Positions 1 to 11,900 of a stretch of 64,000 nucleotides of DNA are shown here, piece by piece. The position numbers and the translations under genes are program-made. The stretch lies in the NCBI GenBank assembly GCA_002269645.1, contig NIVC01001147.1, positions 1 to 64,000 on the forward strand. Reading direction: 5' to 3'. The notes below the pieces were generated by a model. That model was not told the origin of the DNA and made no database searches. It worked only from the letters and a program-made list of their open reading frames with translations. Numbering within the stretch: position 1 is the stretch's first letter; each line of letters begins with the position of its first letter. The DNA comes from Macrostomum lignano (lineage: Eukaryota).

Positions 1-510
1 AATAATTAAGCCGTCATAGAACGAAATTGCACTTCAATATTTGATAAACTCACACGCTTGTACAACAGTGAGATTTTGGCTTTTTAAATTGTCGTCTATT
101 ACTTTAGTTTAATAAAAAAGCGAGCAACTCACAGTAACAATATATACACAAGAGTACATACTAACAGCATATGAAGTTAGCCAGAAGAATACAAATACAC
201 AAAAGACATTGTGCTCAGATTCAAAGGAAGAGTTGCAGAGGGTTAGCAGTATGGTTATAAAGATACGAGTATTAAGGGTTTTCAAGTAACATTTAAAATA
301 AAAAATACAACCATTGTCATAATGCAGTACCCATACTTTTTTCGCGCTGCTATAGTAGTAGCTACGACAGATTGCCTTTGCTATGGTAACCATGATAATA
401 ATTATCTAATATCGAATATGAAATTCGATTGAATACATGTATTTCGCATTCAATTAAAATCCATGCTAGAATAGCTGCCTAGATTAATTATTAGCAATTA
501 CTAGCAATAT

Positions 511-860
511 TGGTAGCCAAGACAAATCCCCGTTGCTATGGTAGCCAAGACAACATCCCCGTTGCTATGGTAGCCAAGACAATATTTCCGTTGCTATGGT
601 AGCCAAGGCAACATCCCCGTTGCTATGGTAGCCAAGACAATATCCCCGTTGCTATGGTAGCCAAGGCAACATCCCCGTTGCTATGGTAGCCAAGACAACA
701 TCCGTTGCTATGGTAGCCAAGACAACATCCCCGTTGCTATGGTAGCCAAGGCAACATCCCCGTTGCTATGGTAGCCAAGACAATATTTCCGTGTGCTATG
801 GTACCAAGGCAACATCCCGTTGCTATGGCCAAGACAACATCCCGTTGCTATGGTAGATAA
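511..860. repeat. 29-bp tandem array (CCCCGTTGCTATGGTAGCCAAGACAACAT), about 12 units, each with an X-box-like core
   Basis: GTTGCTATGGTAGC recurs at 532, 561, 590, 619, 648, 677, 704, 733 and 762, with degenerate units near 791, 819 and 844. Confidence 0.95.
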
Positions 861-869
861 GTTAAAACT

Positions 870-1096
870 GTATCGCTATAGCAACTGAATCCGAAAATAA
901 CACCTGCTGCTATAGCAACCAAATCTAAAAATAACACCCGAGTTGCTATAAACCGATCCAAATAACACTGCTGCTATAGCAACCAATCCAAAATAACACC
1001 CGAGTTGCTATAGCAACCAAATAACACAAAGCAAATAAACACCCCAGCTGCGATAGCAACCAAATCCAATATAACACTCCCGTTGCTATAGGAACC
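870..1096. promoter_or_regulatory. Degenerate tandem array with about 7 RFX X-box-like palindromes
   Basis: Perfect palindrome GTTGCTATAGCAAC at 1004-1017; near-copies at about 873, 906, 942, 970, 1047 and 1082. The match to the RFX/DAF-19 X-box is established knowledge; function here is untested. Confidence 0.45.
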
Positions 1097-1161
1097 GAGG
1101 CTACTCAGAGCAAAAATAGCATTATTGTTGGAATGCGATGATAAAATCTCCCCAGCAACTG

Positions 1162-1525
1162 TTACGCAGTGTCGTCATCATCCGCAGCCGCACTGTCTGG
1201 CCCCATGGCCAGCTGCTGCTGCTGCTGTTGAGCTTGCACAGTCTCGGCTGTGGATCTCAGATGCCTAACAACCTTAGCCAGCGCCTCCGGATTGACGCGC
1301 AGCTTCAATCAGATGCGTGCAAATTCGCAGCTCCTCATAGTGCAGGCCGGTGTTAAGCAGGCGCGACATGTCAAACAAGGCCCGGTAGGCCGCCCCGCTG
1401 TTCTCGTTGCTTCGCGTGCCAGCCACCGCGTCAGAGCCTGACCCAGCCGAGGATGAGGTGGCAGCCCCGTCTGCTGTTCTGCCAGCTCGCCTAGCCAATG
1501 AGGATGAGTCTGCTTTGCCAGACAT
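1162..1525 (-). CDS. MZT1: Mitotic-spindle organizing protein 1 (Mozart1), intronless, with an apparent +1 frameshift at about 1299
   Basis: ORF 1274-1525 has AAYRALFDMSRLLNTGLHYEELRICTHLIEA (MZT1 motif [21 protein letters not shown]). Removing one base at 1299 continues GVNPEALAKVVRHLRSTAETVQAQQQQQQLAMGPDSAAADDDDTA to TAA at 1162-1164. Span 364 nt = 121 codons + 1. Confidence 0.9.
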
Positions 1526-4032
1526 TTTTTATGTTAATTTAGCGTTTCTCATAAAATAAAATACAAAATCTTGCTATACTGTTGAAATATTTTATAAATA
1601 TGCTGGGGTGTCCTTGGTTGTCTTGACCATACATGCCCAACAGCCGGCCAATTCGTTTTGTAGTACTAATTAGATGACGAGGCTTTAAACTTAAATAATA
1701 CTGTCCTAGTTACTCCTACCGTTTACCCCAAATTATGCTAATTTTTGCTTTAGGATTTCTTTCATAGGTAAAGTCACATTTTTGGTCAAAAAGAAAGTTG
1801 CACAGCCTGGTGAAATTTCAAAGCTGGGCATGTATGGTCTGGAATTTCATTGCTATGGCTCTATAAAAACTTTTGATAAGTTCAATGTGAGAGCCAAATA
1901 ACTGAGGTGGCAAATTCAGACCATTATAACTTATATTTGGTATTCATATTCTTAAGATGTTATCTCAACAATTAATAAAATATATGGGAGATGTTTCAAA
2001 TACCTTGCTTGACTAGGTTAAGTCTGTAACAGGTTCAGTTGTCTAATAGGTTTGATAAGGAAAGAAGTAGTTGTCTTTTAATGCTCTATAGATCAATTGG
2101 TCAAATCTAGGTAGTTAAATGTAATTAGAGGACTATATATTCAGATCAAACATAGTGCTTAGGCAAGGAATGAGCTAGGAGAGCTTCTTGCTTGGTTTTA
2201 ACATTGGTTTATATAGCATTTTAGTCTTTCACATTAGGGAATAATTTGGATAATAAATATCTACTTTTTTTATTGGCTAAGGCTGGGGTCATGTCTTTAG
2301 CCTTTGCTTGTTAAGGCATATTCATTAGTTGGCAAACATTCAAATTGGATAGTAGCTTTCAGAGCCAAAATGTAATAACTTCACTGTTTTTTACTTTGTT
2401 GGCTGGCAAAATACTTGCTAGCTTATTGATTAAATCTGTAAACTTCTAATGACAGTGTCAACCTAGTTGGATCCCATTATTAATAATGAGTGACATCTTG
2501 CTTTAAAAAGTGGAGAATGACAAGTTGATACTGGCCTATAAAGCACTGGCTTTAACATTAGCAGGGCTTATGCCAATCCTATTTCTTTATAATCTTTCAA
2601 CTACTATCTATAGTATAGACAATTGTCAAGTTTTGTTCATAAAATTATTTTGATTCCAGAAGAGTAATCTATGAACTATTTTAAGTCTAAATATTAAATA
2701 CTTTTAAGAGACTTAAGCCTGATTAAGCACTAATTATATGGTTTAAAACTTGTTATAATAAATATAATATATAAAATATAAAATATATAATAAATACTTT
2801 ATGGGGCACAGCAGCTGACTGATCTGAGCAGCATCAAAACAACGAAAAGTATTGAAATTTAATTGAAACTGACTTGTACATAAATCGGTCATTTAATTTT
2901 TTTCATACGGTTTAAAGCTCAGAACTTGTCACCGGCTGCTTTTAAAGCCTAAAGTAAAAAAGTTACCTTCTTAGAAAGATACAATCTTTCCTACAATTTG
3001 AAGATAGTTATTAAAAAAACAAATGCTTTTAAATTAATTTGACAGTAAATCTGCTATAAAATAAAATATCTCTTTGCCTAGTTGTATTGTTTGACGTGTA
3101 ACAATTTAAAATGTTTTTAGCCATTTTAGCTATTTGTTTTTATAGGTTGAAAAAAGTTTCTATGAAAAAAATTAGTCAGCTCGGCCTCACACACAGCACA
3201 CAGGACAAGCCTCTGCCCTTGAGCTGGATGACAGCTAGGCCTAGTGAAGCCTTAGCCCTTTAATAGCGACAATCTTACTAGGATAGGTAGGCCTAGCTCT
3301 ATAATGTACCAAAAGCAATCTTAGAATTGTTTTAATGCTAGCCTTGCCTATCTGATCTAAAATAACTAGCTAGCCTACTTAGTTTATCTATCAAGAATGC
3401 TCTGTTGCAGCCAAGGGTTAAGCTTATTCGAAGTTATTCATACCAGACAGTTTTTCAAGGGAATAGCAAAAAATGGTCCTAGTCAGGATCATTTGTTGGC
3501 CAATCAATAGGCCTATTATTGCAGTGTGGATCGTGATAGCCGATAATCACTAAATTTAATGGGCCTCAGGCCACTCAGGACAGAAATTAATTAGGACTAC
3601 TTTAAGGCATTGTTACAGATTTCGAGTCAGAGTTTCAGGGAATTTGGTCATTGGGGCAGAAAGTTTTTTGGTCTTATTAAATATAGGCCATATTCTAGGG
3701 CATGTGTCATGACTATCAGACCATGATCCTGACCACATGATGGTTTCGATGGCTCTATGCTAATATAAATAAAAATTTCATTGTATACTAATATAATTTG
3801 TTTTATTTTAAAAGAAGTTCAAACAAAACCAAAGTAATTTTTAATAAAACAATTATAAAATATTATTAGCAAAAGAAAAAAGTAGGCCTTAGTCTAGTCT
3901 ATTTTTAGGCTAGGCTTTTTAGCAATCTTTTACTTTACTGTGTTTAATTAATTTAACCATTTTTTTATTTCAAAACAAAGATTGTAGGAGGATAAAAGGT
4001 AAGTGTCTTTAAGTGTCAAATAAGTCAATTAG

Positions 4033-4516
4033 TCAGTAATAATGAGCCACCTAGTATAGGAAGTTGCCAAACTCCTTTCTAGGAAAGAGCCTGCACTAGA
4101 GATACTTGTTGAGATAGCTTTCAAACAGAGCTTCAGAAGTGCCATGCATGTGTAGCATACTGTGCGCCCAGTGGTACACCAAATCCATAGCTAGGTGACG
4201 ATAAAGTGGGTACCCTTGAAAAAGCTACCCTTCATGATGCTTTTCTGCATCCTGCAGGTTGGACATGCCTAGGTATAGCCATCAACAAATTGGGCTCCAT
4301 CCTGTCTCTGTAGCCGCATGGCTAGAGCCTCAGGGCATTGTTCACATGCCCGAGAATTTTGCAGTAGCCCATAGTTGGCCAGCCAGCAAATAGTTTGCTA
4401 GCTGTTAGACGTCAGCAGCATAAGCTTGTGTAGTGTGATATCAATGTTGCATAGCTCGGTTGCTGGCCTTAGATTGGCCTTGGGCCAATAGTGGGTGTAG
4501 AGGACCTTCCAGCCAT
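4033..4516 (-). mobile_element. Decayed, internally deleted Merlin / IS1595 (ISXO2-like) transposase
   Basis: My translation: ICWLANYGLLQNSRACEQCPEALAMRLQRQDGAQFVDGYT*ACPTCRMQKSIMKGSFFKGTH (N-terminal CxxC...CxxC..SI..GSFF zinc-finger region), a frameshift, then MDLVYHWAHSMLHMHGTSEALFESYLNKYL*CRLFPRKEFGNFLY*VAHYY* (C-terminal GTS..LF.SYL.E..WR motif). The DDE core is absent. Confidence 0.75.
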
Positions 4517-5941
4517 TAGTAAATTGGCTGAAATGAGAAAAAAAGTGAAAAATAATTAAACATAGTAAAATAAAAGATTGCCTTTTTTCCTTTATTTAAT
4601 AGCAGCTTTACAATTTTTTTATATTTTAAATGCATATAGACTAGGCCTATACTGATTTGATTGCAAAGAGGTCTATAGCTCATGTCTATAGCCCAAATAC
4701 ATGTAATATTTTATTGAAAAGTGATAAAAAAGCAATAAATATTCATTCAATAATTTATTCACATATTAGCTGATTTAAATGCCATTTATCAAAACATATC
4801 TAAGACACTTTTTGACACTAACATAAGGATATATTGTTTTCCCTGTATCAAAAAATAAAAGCTTCAAAAATATTAGAAATTTCTTGAATGCAGTTTTGAA
4901 ATTCTTTTGCACCCTTTCCTCAGAAATAAAAACTGCAGCCTAACCATTTGGGAAGCTGCAACCCCAAGTCCTTAGTCAGAGCTCCCCTTCTTGCATCCTA
5001 AGGAAGAAGCAAGAAAAGAATAATATCTTACAAACTTACACCCTATAGCCAATGCAGTTTGCCATATATTTGTTATTGTAGACAAGTAGTTATGTTTAAA
5101 AGTAGCCAACAATTGGACCAAAAAGCTGCCAACTAGACGGCAACTTTATCTTATATTTATCATTTGACCTACAAGTGTGTGAATATTAAATAATTTAAGA
5201 ACAAATATACAATATTCGTATATTAGGATAAGGTACATAATGACATGATCAGTATATGCACTAATTGAGAAAACTAGGTTGGGCAAACTGGAAAGGTTGG
5301 GGTGAGGCACCATTGCACAATAAAATACATGTAACTTTTGGCATGCACATGGTATTACTATGAAATTTTATGCTTTAATAAAGCTACTATAAAAGTAAAT
5401 ATATTGATAGGTAAAATTTAACTTATTTAAACAATCTTGCTGTCCATAGAAAATAGTCTGAAAACTTTTGCAATGCATTTTATGTATAAGACAATATATA
5501 TGGACAATACCTGGCTTGTCTTGCTAGGTAATAGTGTGGCCAAGGCAGCTTAGGTATGTTGCAAAACTTAATAGCCAAGCACCAAAATTTGTAAAGGGAT
5601 ATATAGGACAAAAATGAATTAAATAAGAAAAAATTGAACAAAGAGAGAAAAAATTATGTTATTGAAAAACAAATTAAAAGAGCAAGGAAGCATTAAGTAG
5701 TCGAAACCATAGTGAGAAGATTTTAATTGCATACAGAGCAAAGCTATGTTGCAAAAAGCCTCCCTAGATACAATTTTATTGCACTCTTGCTGTTAGACAA
5801 AAGTATTTCATACATTATTTTAGACACATCTAGGTTTTAATATTTTATATATTCATTAAATCTATCTGCTAGAACTAAGGATCAAGTTCAGTGGTTGCAT
5901 TCTTCTAACCAAACTTGATGTTATCAGGCGCTGGCTTAACA

Positions 5942-8900
5942 ATGTCTGAACGAATATCCTCACACTTGGAGGTGAAGGCCGGTGTTCTGGTCAAGCGTTC
6001 CCAGAACAAGCATTTATTTACTAGGGAGAACTTTAAAGAGCGATACTTTATGCTCACGCCAATGAGTCTGCAGTATTTCGAGTGCTCGAAATCGGTCAGT
6101 AACATTACTAACTAATTTTTTAGTTTTGCCACTGCTGTTCTAAGAAATAACCCAGCTACAGATACCCGGGCTGTGCCACCGAAACCCTCCCAGATTCTCA
6201 GTTGCTGTGCCACCGAAACCCTCCCAGATTATCAGTTGCTGTGCCACTAAAACCCTCCCAGATTCTCAGTTGCTGTGCCACTAAAACCCTCCCAGATTCT
6301 CAGTTGCTGTGCCACCGAAACCCTCCCAGATTATCAGTTGCTGTGCCACTAAAACCCTCCCAGATTCTCAGTTGCTGTGCCACCGGAACCCTCCCAGATT
6401 CTCAGTTGCTGTGCCACTAAAACCCTCCCAGATTCTCAGTTGCTGTGCCACCGGAACCCTCCCAGATTCTCAGTTGCTGTGCCACTAAAACCCTCCCAGA
6501 TTCTCAGTTGCTGTGCCACTAAAACCCTCCCAGATTGTCAGTTGCTGTGCCACCGGAACCCTCCCAGATTCTCAGTTGCTGTGCCACTAAAACCCTCCCA
6601 GATTCTCAGTTGCTGTGCCACCGGAACCCTCCCAGATTCTCAGTTGCTGTGCCACTAAAACCCTCCCAGATTCTCAGTTGCTGTGCCACTAAAACCCTCC
6701 CAGATTGTCAGTTGCTGTGCAGCCTCCCAGATCCCCAGTTGCTGGGCCAGCCTCCCAGATCCTCAGTTGCTGGGCCAGCCTTTCAGGTTCTCAGTTGCTA
6801 GGCCAGCCTCCCAGATCCTCAGTTGCTGGGCCAGCCTCCCAGATCCCCAGTTGCTGGGCCAGCCTCCCAGATTCTCAGTTGCTGTGCCAGCTTCCCAGAT
6901 TCTCAGTTGCTGGGCCAGCCTCCCAGATCCCCAGTTGCTGGGCCAGCCTCCCAGATTCTCAGTTGCTGTGCCAGCTTCCCAGATCCTCAGTTGCTGGGCC
7001 AGCTTCCCAGATCCTCAGTTGCTGGGCCAGCCTCCCAGAGTGTCAGTAGCTGGGCCAGCCTCCCAGATCCTCAGTTGCTGGGCCAGCCTCCCAGAGTGTC
7101 AGTAGCTGGGCCAGCCTCCCAGATTCTCAGTTGCTGGGCCAGCCTCCCAGATCCCCAGTTGCTGGGCCAGCCTCCCAGATTCTCAGTTGCTGTGCCAGCT
7201 TCCCAGATTCTCAGTTGCTGTGCCTCCGGAACCTTCCCAGATTCTCAGTTGCTGTGCCACCGGAACCCTCCCAGATCCTCAGTTGCTGGGCCAGCTTCCC
7301 AGATCCTCAGTTGCTGGGCCAGCCTCCCAGAGTGTCAGTAGCTGGGCCAGCCTCCCAGATTCTCAGTTGCTGGGCCAGCTTCCCAGATCCTCAGTTGCTG
7401 GGCCAGCCTCCCAGATCCTCAGTTGCCGGGCCAGTCTCCCAGATCCTCAGTTGCTGGGCCAGCCTTTCAGGTTCTCAGTTGCTAGGCCAGCCTCCCAGAT
7501 CCTCAGTTGCTGGGCCAGCCTCCCAGAGTGTCAGTAGCTGGGCCAGCCTCCCAGATTCTCAGTTGCTGGGCCAGCTTCCCAGATCCTCAGTTGCTGGGCC
7601 AGCCTCCCAGATCCTCAGTTGCCGGGCCAGTCTCCCAGATCCTCAGTTGCTGGGCCAGCCTTTCAGGTTCTTAGTTGCTAGGCCAGCCTCCCAGATCCTC
7701 AGTTGCTGGGCCAGCCTCCCAGATCCTCAGTTGCTGGCCAGCCTCCCTGACCCTCGCAGATCTGAATCACAGCACTCCCGTCTCCCTAGCAGAGTTCGCC
7801 ATCTCGGGCCAGCAAGCCGCGCGGTCGGATCTTCCTGGCGCTGATGAAAGCGGTGGAAAGTGTCGATAAGCTCGACACTAGATTCGGCGGCGGGCGCTGG
7901 CGATTCGGCTTACAAATTGTGTACGTAGAAGACGTGCACTACACGCACTACACTCTGTACGCTCTGGCCGCCACTGAGGCTGACCGGGCCGACTGGCTGC
8001 GCCTAATCCGGGACAACGCTCTGGCTAGAGGGGCCAGGTTTGGCCCAGTCTATCATCCTGGCGCCTGGCTTAAGCCTGGCCGATTTGCCTGCTGCAACAG
8101 TAGTGATAAAAAATCGCACGGCTGCTCGCCAGCTACGGATGCTCAACAGCTGCAGCAGCAAGATGAGTCAGTTCAATTGGCTACTCAACGGCAGCAGAGA
8201 CCTGTCAATCAGTTACAGCCGCTGTCCCAGCAACAGTTGACCTCGCAGACTGGGGTTAGTAACTCTTTACGACCTATTTCATTTATGTACATTACTGTAT
8301 ACAGCTTAGTGCAGGGGTCGGCAACTTTTTTACCTCAAGGGCCAGGTAAAGAACCTTGCTAATGGCTGCGGGCCGGATGTGAGAGAAGAGAAGAAAGGAA
8401 AGAAGGGAGAGGAGAAGTGAAGATAGATAAAATGAGAGATGAAATGAGAGAAAATGAGAAGAGAGAGGGAAGCAGAGAAGAGGGGAGAGAGAAGGTATAA
8501 GAGAGCTGAGAAGAGACCTTGAGCGGGCTGGATAGAGAGGCTTCCTGGGCCGCATGTGGACCGCGGGCCGGAGTTTGCCGACCCCTTTTTTATTAGAGGC
8601 CGGGGGGTTGTGTGCACCCTGGTGCACTTTAAGCGACATGGGCACACAACCGGCGAGAGGCATTACTGCCCATTTCGCCGACTCCCCTGAGCAGGCATAC
8701 AAGCGCGCGGATACGTACGCAGGCACACACTCACACAGGAGTGTACAGCGGCCCTAACTTTATATTATCGTTAGGCATGTACACTTCACTGCGCCTTGGG
8801 GGGTTGGCTCTCAAGGCCGTTAATTGCACGAGCAGAGCCAAGCCGAGATTCCAATTCAGCCCCAAATTAATGTGACTGCACTTGGAATCGAGCCTGGGTC

Positions 8901-11900
8901 GCTGGCACACCAGAGCCTGCGCTAGACCGCTGGGCTACGGCCCCCTTTTGCCGACCCCCGGTGTAGAGGTAAACTCCTCTGGTTTTGCACCACGATCCCA
9001 CGTTCATTTGGAGATTGTGTGCACACAATTGAGAACCAACTCCCCCCACCCCCAAAGCCCCAGAGAGTGTACATGCCTGACGATAGTATTGGCGCGCTTG
9101 AATGTACTTTTTTACCAGTGCAAGCCTTACCCTTTAGCTGTACCGGATGTTACTGCTGTGAGCTAATGTCATAGAAGCTTTATTACTCAATCCTAATTTG
9201 AAAACTCAGTTCTACTAGTAGTGGACAAATCATTTTTATGACTCTTCTATATTCACAGGTGGGCAATTCCCGGTCAACGTCCAACTTTATTACTGACTCG
9301 TCAGCCAACGGTGTGACTGGCGGCGGCGACCAGCCAACTGGCGCGGCTGGCAACGTTGTGGTTGCCATACATAATTTCCGTCCAATGCGCTCCAACCAAA
9401 TTCGATTGGAGAAGGTTCGTTTTTTTTAATTTCAATTGTTTTATAGTTTGGTATTCCAATATACTAAAACAATTTATTTTATGCTGTACTTTCATTTTGC
9501 CGTTTTTCATAAATATTTAGTCAACTAATCCTTTCTCATTGATCTCCTGATCACCTGATCTACGAGCTAGTCTCAATGAGCTGCTGACCAACTGATCTAT
9601 TCTCATTAAGCTGCTGACCAACTGATCTATTCTCATTGAGCTGCTGACCAACTGATCTATTCTCATTGAGCTGCTGACCAACTGATCTATTCTCATTGAG
9701 CTGCTGACCAACTGATCTATTCTCATTGAGCTGCTGACCAACTGATCTATTCTCATTGAGCTGCTGACCAACTGATCTATTCTCATTGAGCTGCTGACCA
9801 ACTGATCTATTCTCATTGAGCTGCTGACCAACTGATCTATTCTCATTGAGCTCCTGACCAACTGATCTATTCTCATTGAGCTGCTGACCAACTGATCTAT
9901 TCTCATTGAGCTGCTGACCAACTGATCTATTCTCATTGAGCTGCTGACCAACTGATCTATTCTCATTGAGCTCCTGACCAACTGATCTATTCTCATTGAG
10001 CTCCTGACCAACTGATCTATTCTCATTGAGCTGCTGACCAACTGATCTATTCTCATTGAGCTGCTGACCAACTGATCTATTCTCATTGAGCTGCTGACCA
10101 ACTGATCTATTCTCATTGAGCTGCTGACCAACTGATCTATTCTCATTGAGCTCCTGACCAACTGATCTATTCTCAATGAGCTGCTGACCAACTGATCTAT
10201 TCTCAATGAGCTGCTGACCAACTGATCTATTCTCAATGAGCTGCTGACCAACTGATCTATTCTCAATGAGCTGCTGACCAACTGATCTATTCTCAATGAG
10301 CTCCTGACCAACTGATCTATTCTCAATGAGCTGCTGACCAACTGATCTATTCTCAATGAGCTGCTGACCAACTGATCTATTCTCAATAAGCTGCTGACCA
10401 ACTTATTTATTATAGATACCAAAGTAATCATTAAAGTAATTGTAGAAACCAGAATCGCTAAACTTAGCATATACTTCCTATTTTATTGCTACTACCTGAG
10501 GCGCAGGTTAACATAGCAGCGTGATTCTATATCAACAATAAAAAATGACAATTTTTCGCAGGGCGGACGCTACATGGTAGTTGACGGATCCAATGCCAAA
10601 TGGTGGTACGTCCGGGATTCATCTGGGTAAGTGTAGTTTTTTTCGGTGCAATATATTCTACACTTAATTCTTAGAAAACGATTCGAGAAAGAATTTCGAA
10701 TTGCAGAGAGTACGGCTACATTCCGGCTAATTATATACGCAAGCCCGACAGTCTTGAAACTTACGAGTAAGTTCTATTTGCCTAGCAATTGGCTACTACT
10801 ACTAATTAATTAGTAATTAGTTAAATTATTATACATGACTAATTCGCGTTTCCTATACTGACAGCTGGTACTACAAGAACATCAGCAGACAGCGGGCTGA
10901 GCACATACTGCTCGATCTGGGCCGCAAAGAAGGCTGCTTCCTAGTTCGTGACTCAGTGTCTAAACGGAACAGTTACACCTTGTCTGTTATGGCTAAGGAT
11001 GTTAATAAGTGAGTGTTGTTCATGCGCTCCTTTAATTACAGTGCATGACTGTCTTTGAACTCGGTAATTTGACTGTGCTGGCATCGTTGGAATCTTCTCC
11101 ATTCACTGTTGCTGTGTCTCTCTTAGTCTCTACTAGCCTCCATTTCCCACCTGTCCTTCCTTTTGATTCCTCTCCCTCGTGTCTACCTCAATCTTTTATT
11201 GTGTACCTCCATCTCTCCTTGTCTACCCCTATCTCTCCTTGTCTGCCTCCATCTCTCCTTGTCTACCTCTATCTCTCCTTGTCTACTTCCATCTCTCCTT
11301 GTCTACTTCCATCTCTCCTTGTCTACCTCTAGCTCTCCTTGTCTACCCCTATCTCTCCTTATCTACCCCCATCTCTCCTTGTCTGCCTCCATCTCTCCTT
11401 GTCTACCCCTATCTCTCCTTGTCTGCCTCCATCTCTCCTTGTCTACCTCTATCTCTCCTTGTCTACTTCCATCTCTCCTTGTCTACTTCCATCTCTCCTT
11501 GTCTACCTCCATCTCTCCTTGTCTAACCCTATCTCTCCTTGTCTACCTTCATCTCTCCTTGTCTACCTCCATCTCTCCTTGTCTACTTCCATCTCTCCTT
11601 GTTTACCTCTCTCTCCTTGTCTACCTTTATCTCCCCTTGTCTACCCCTATCCCTCCTTCCTCTCTACATTTCATAATAATTATCGCATTAAAAGAATTAG
11701 CAGTGTTATAGGGCATGTATGCATCGACCTGCTAACTTTATAATGCATGCAATGCTCCAATCTGCATGCTAACAAGTCCAGTCTGGGAGAGGGGGAACGG
11801 GAGAAAATCGATTGAGCCCCTCTCCCCCCAGTTGTTGCGGCACTAATGATTGCCGTTAGCTGTGTATTTTGGGCCAATATTTGTGCCTCAGATGGAATAT

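Noticed and set aside
109-393. 94-aa minus ORF at the window start
   Set aside because: AT-rich, no recognisable motif; its ATG lies inside an X-box-like repeat remnant.
511-860. Regularly spaced 29-bp repeats resembling a CRISPR array (other arrays likewise)
   Set aside because: Units are head to tail without unique spacers, there are no cas genes, and the context is eukaryotic.
6202-7844. Overlapping Pro/Ser/Gln-rich ORFs (also 53070-54191)
   Set aside because: Minisatellite translations open in several frames; the real Tec exon 2 starts at 7790/7793.
8870-8946. tRNA-like sequences here and at 16623-16700, 38140-38213 and 57800-57875
   Set aside because: Acceptor stems are incomplete and each head continues into a shared repeat body; they are SINE heads, not tRNA genes.
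9517-10470. 317-aa antisense ORF with a hydrophobic N-terminus and SSMRIDQLVS repeats
   Set aside because: It is the translation of a stop-free 30-bp intronic minisatellite; no independent coding evidence.
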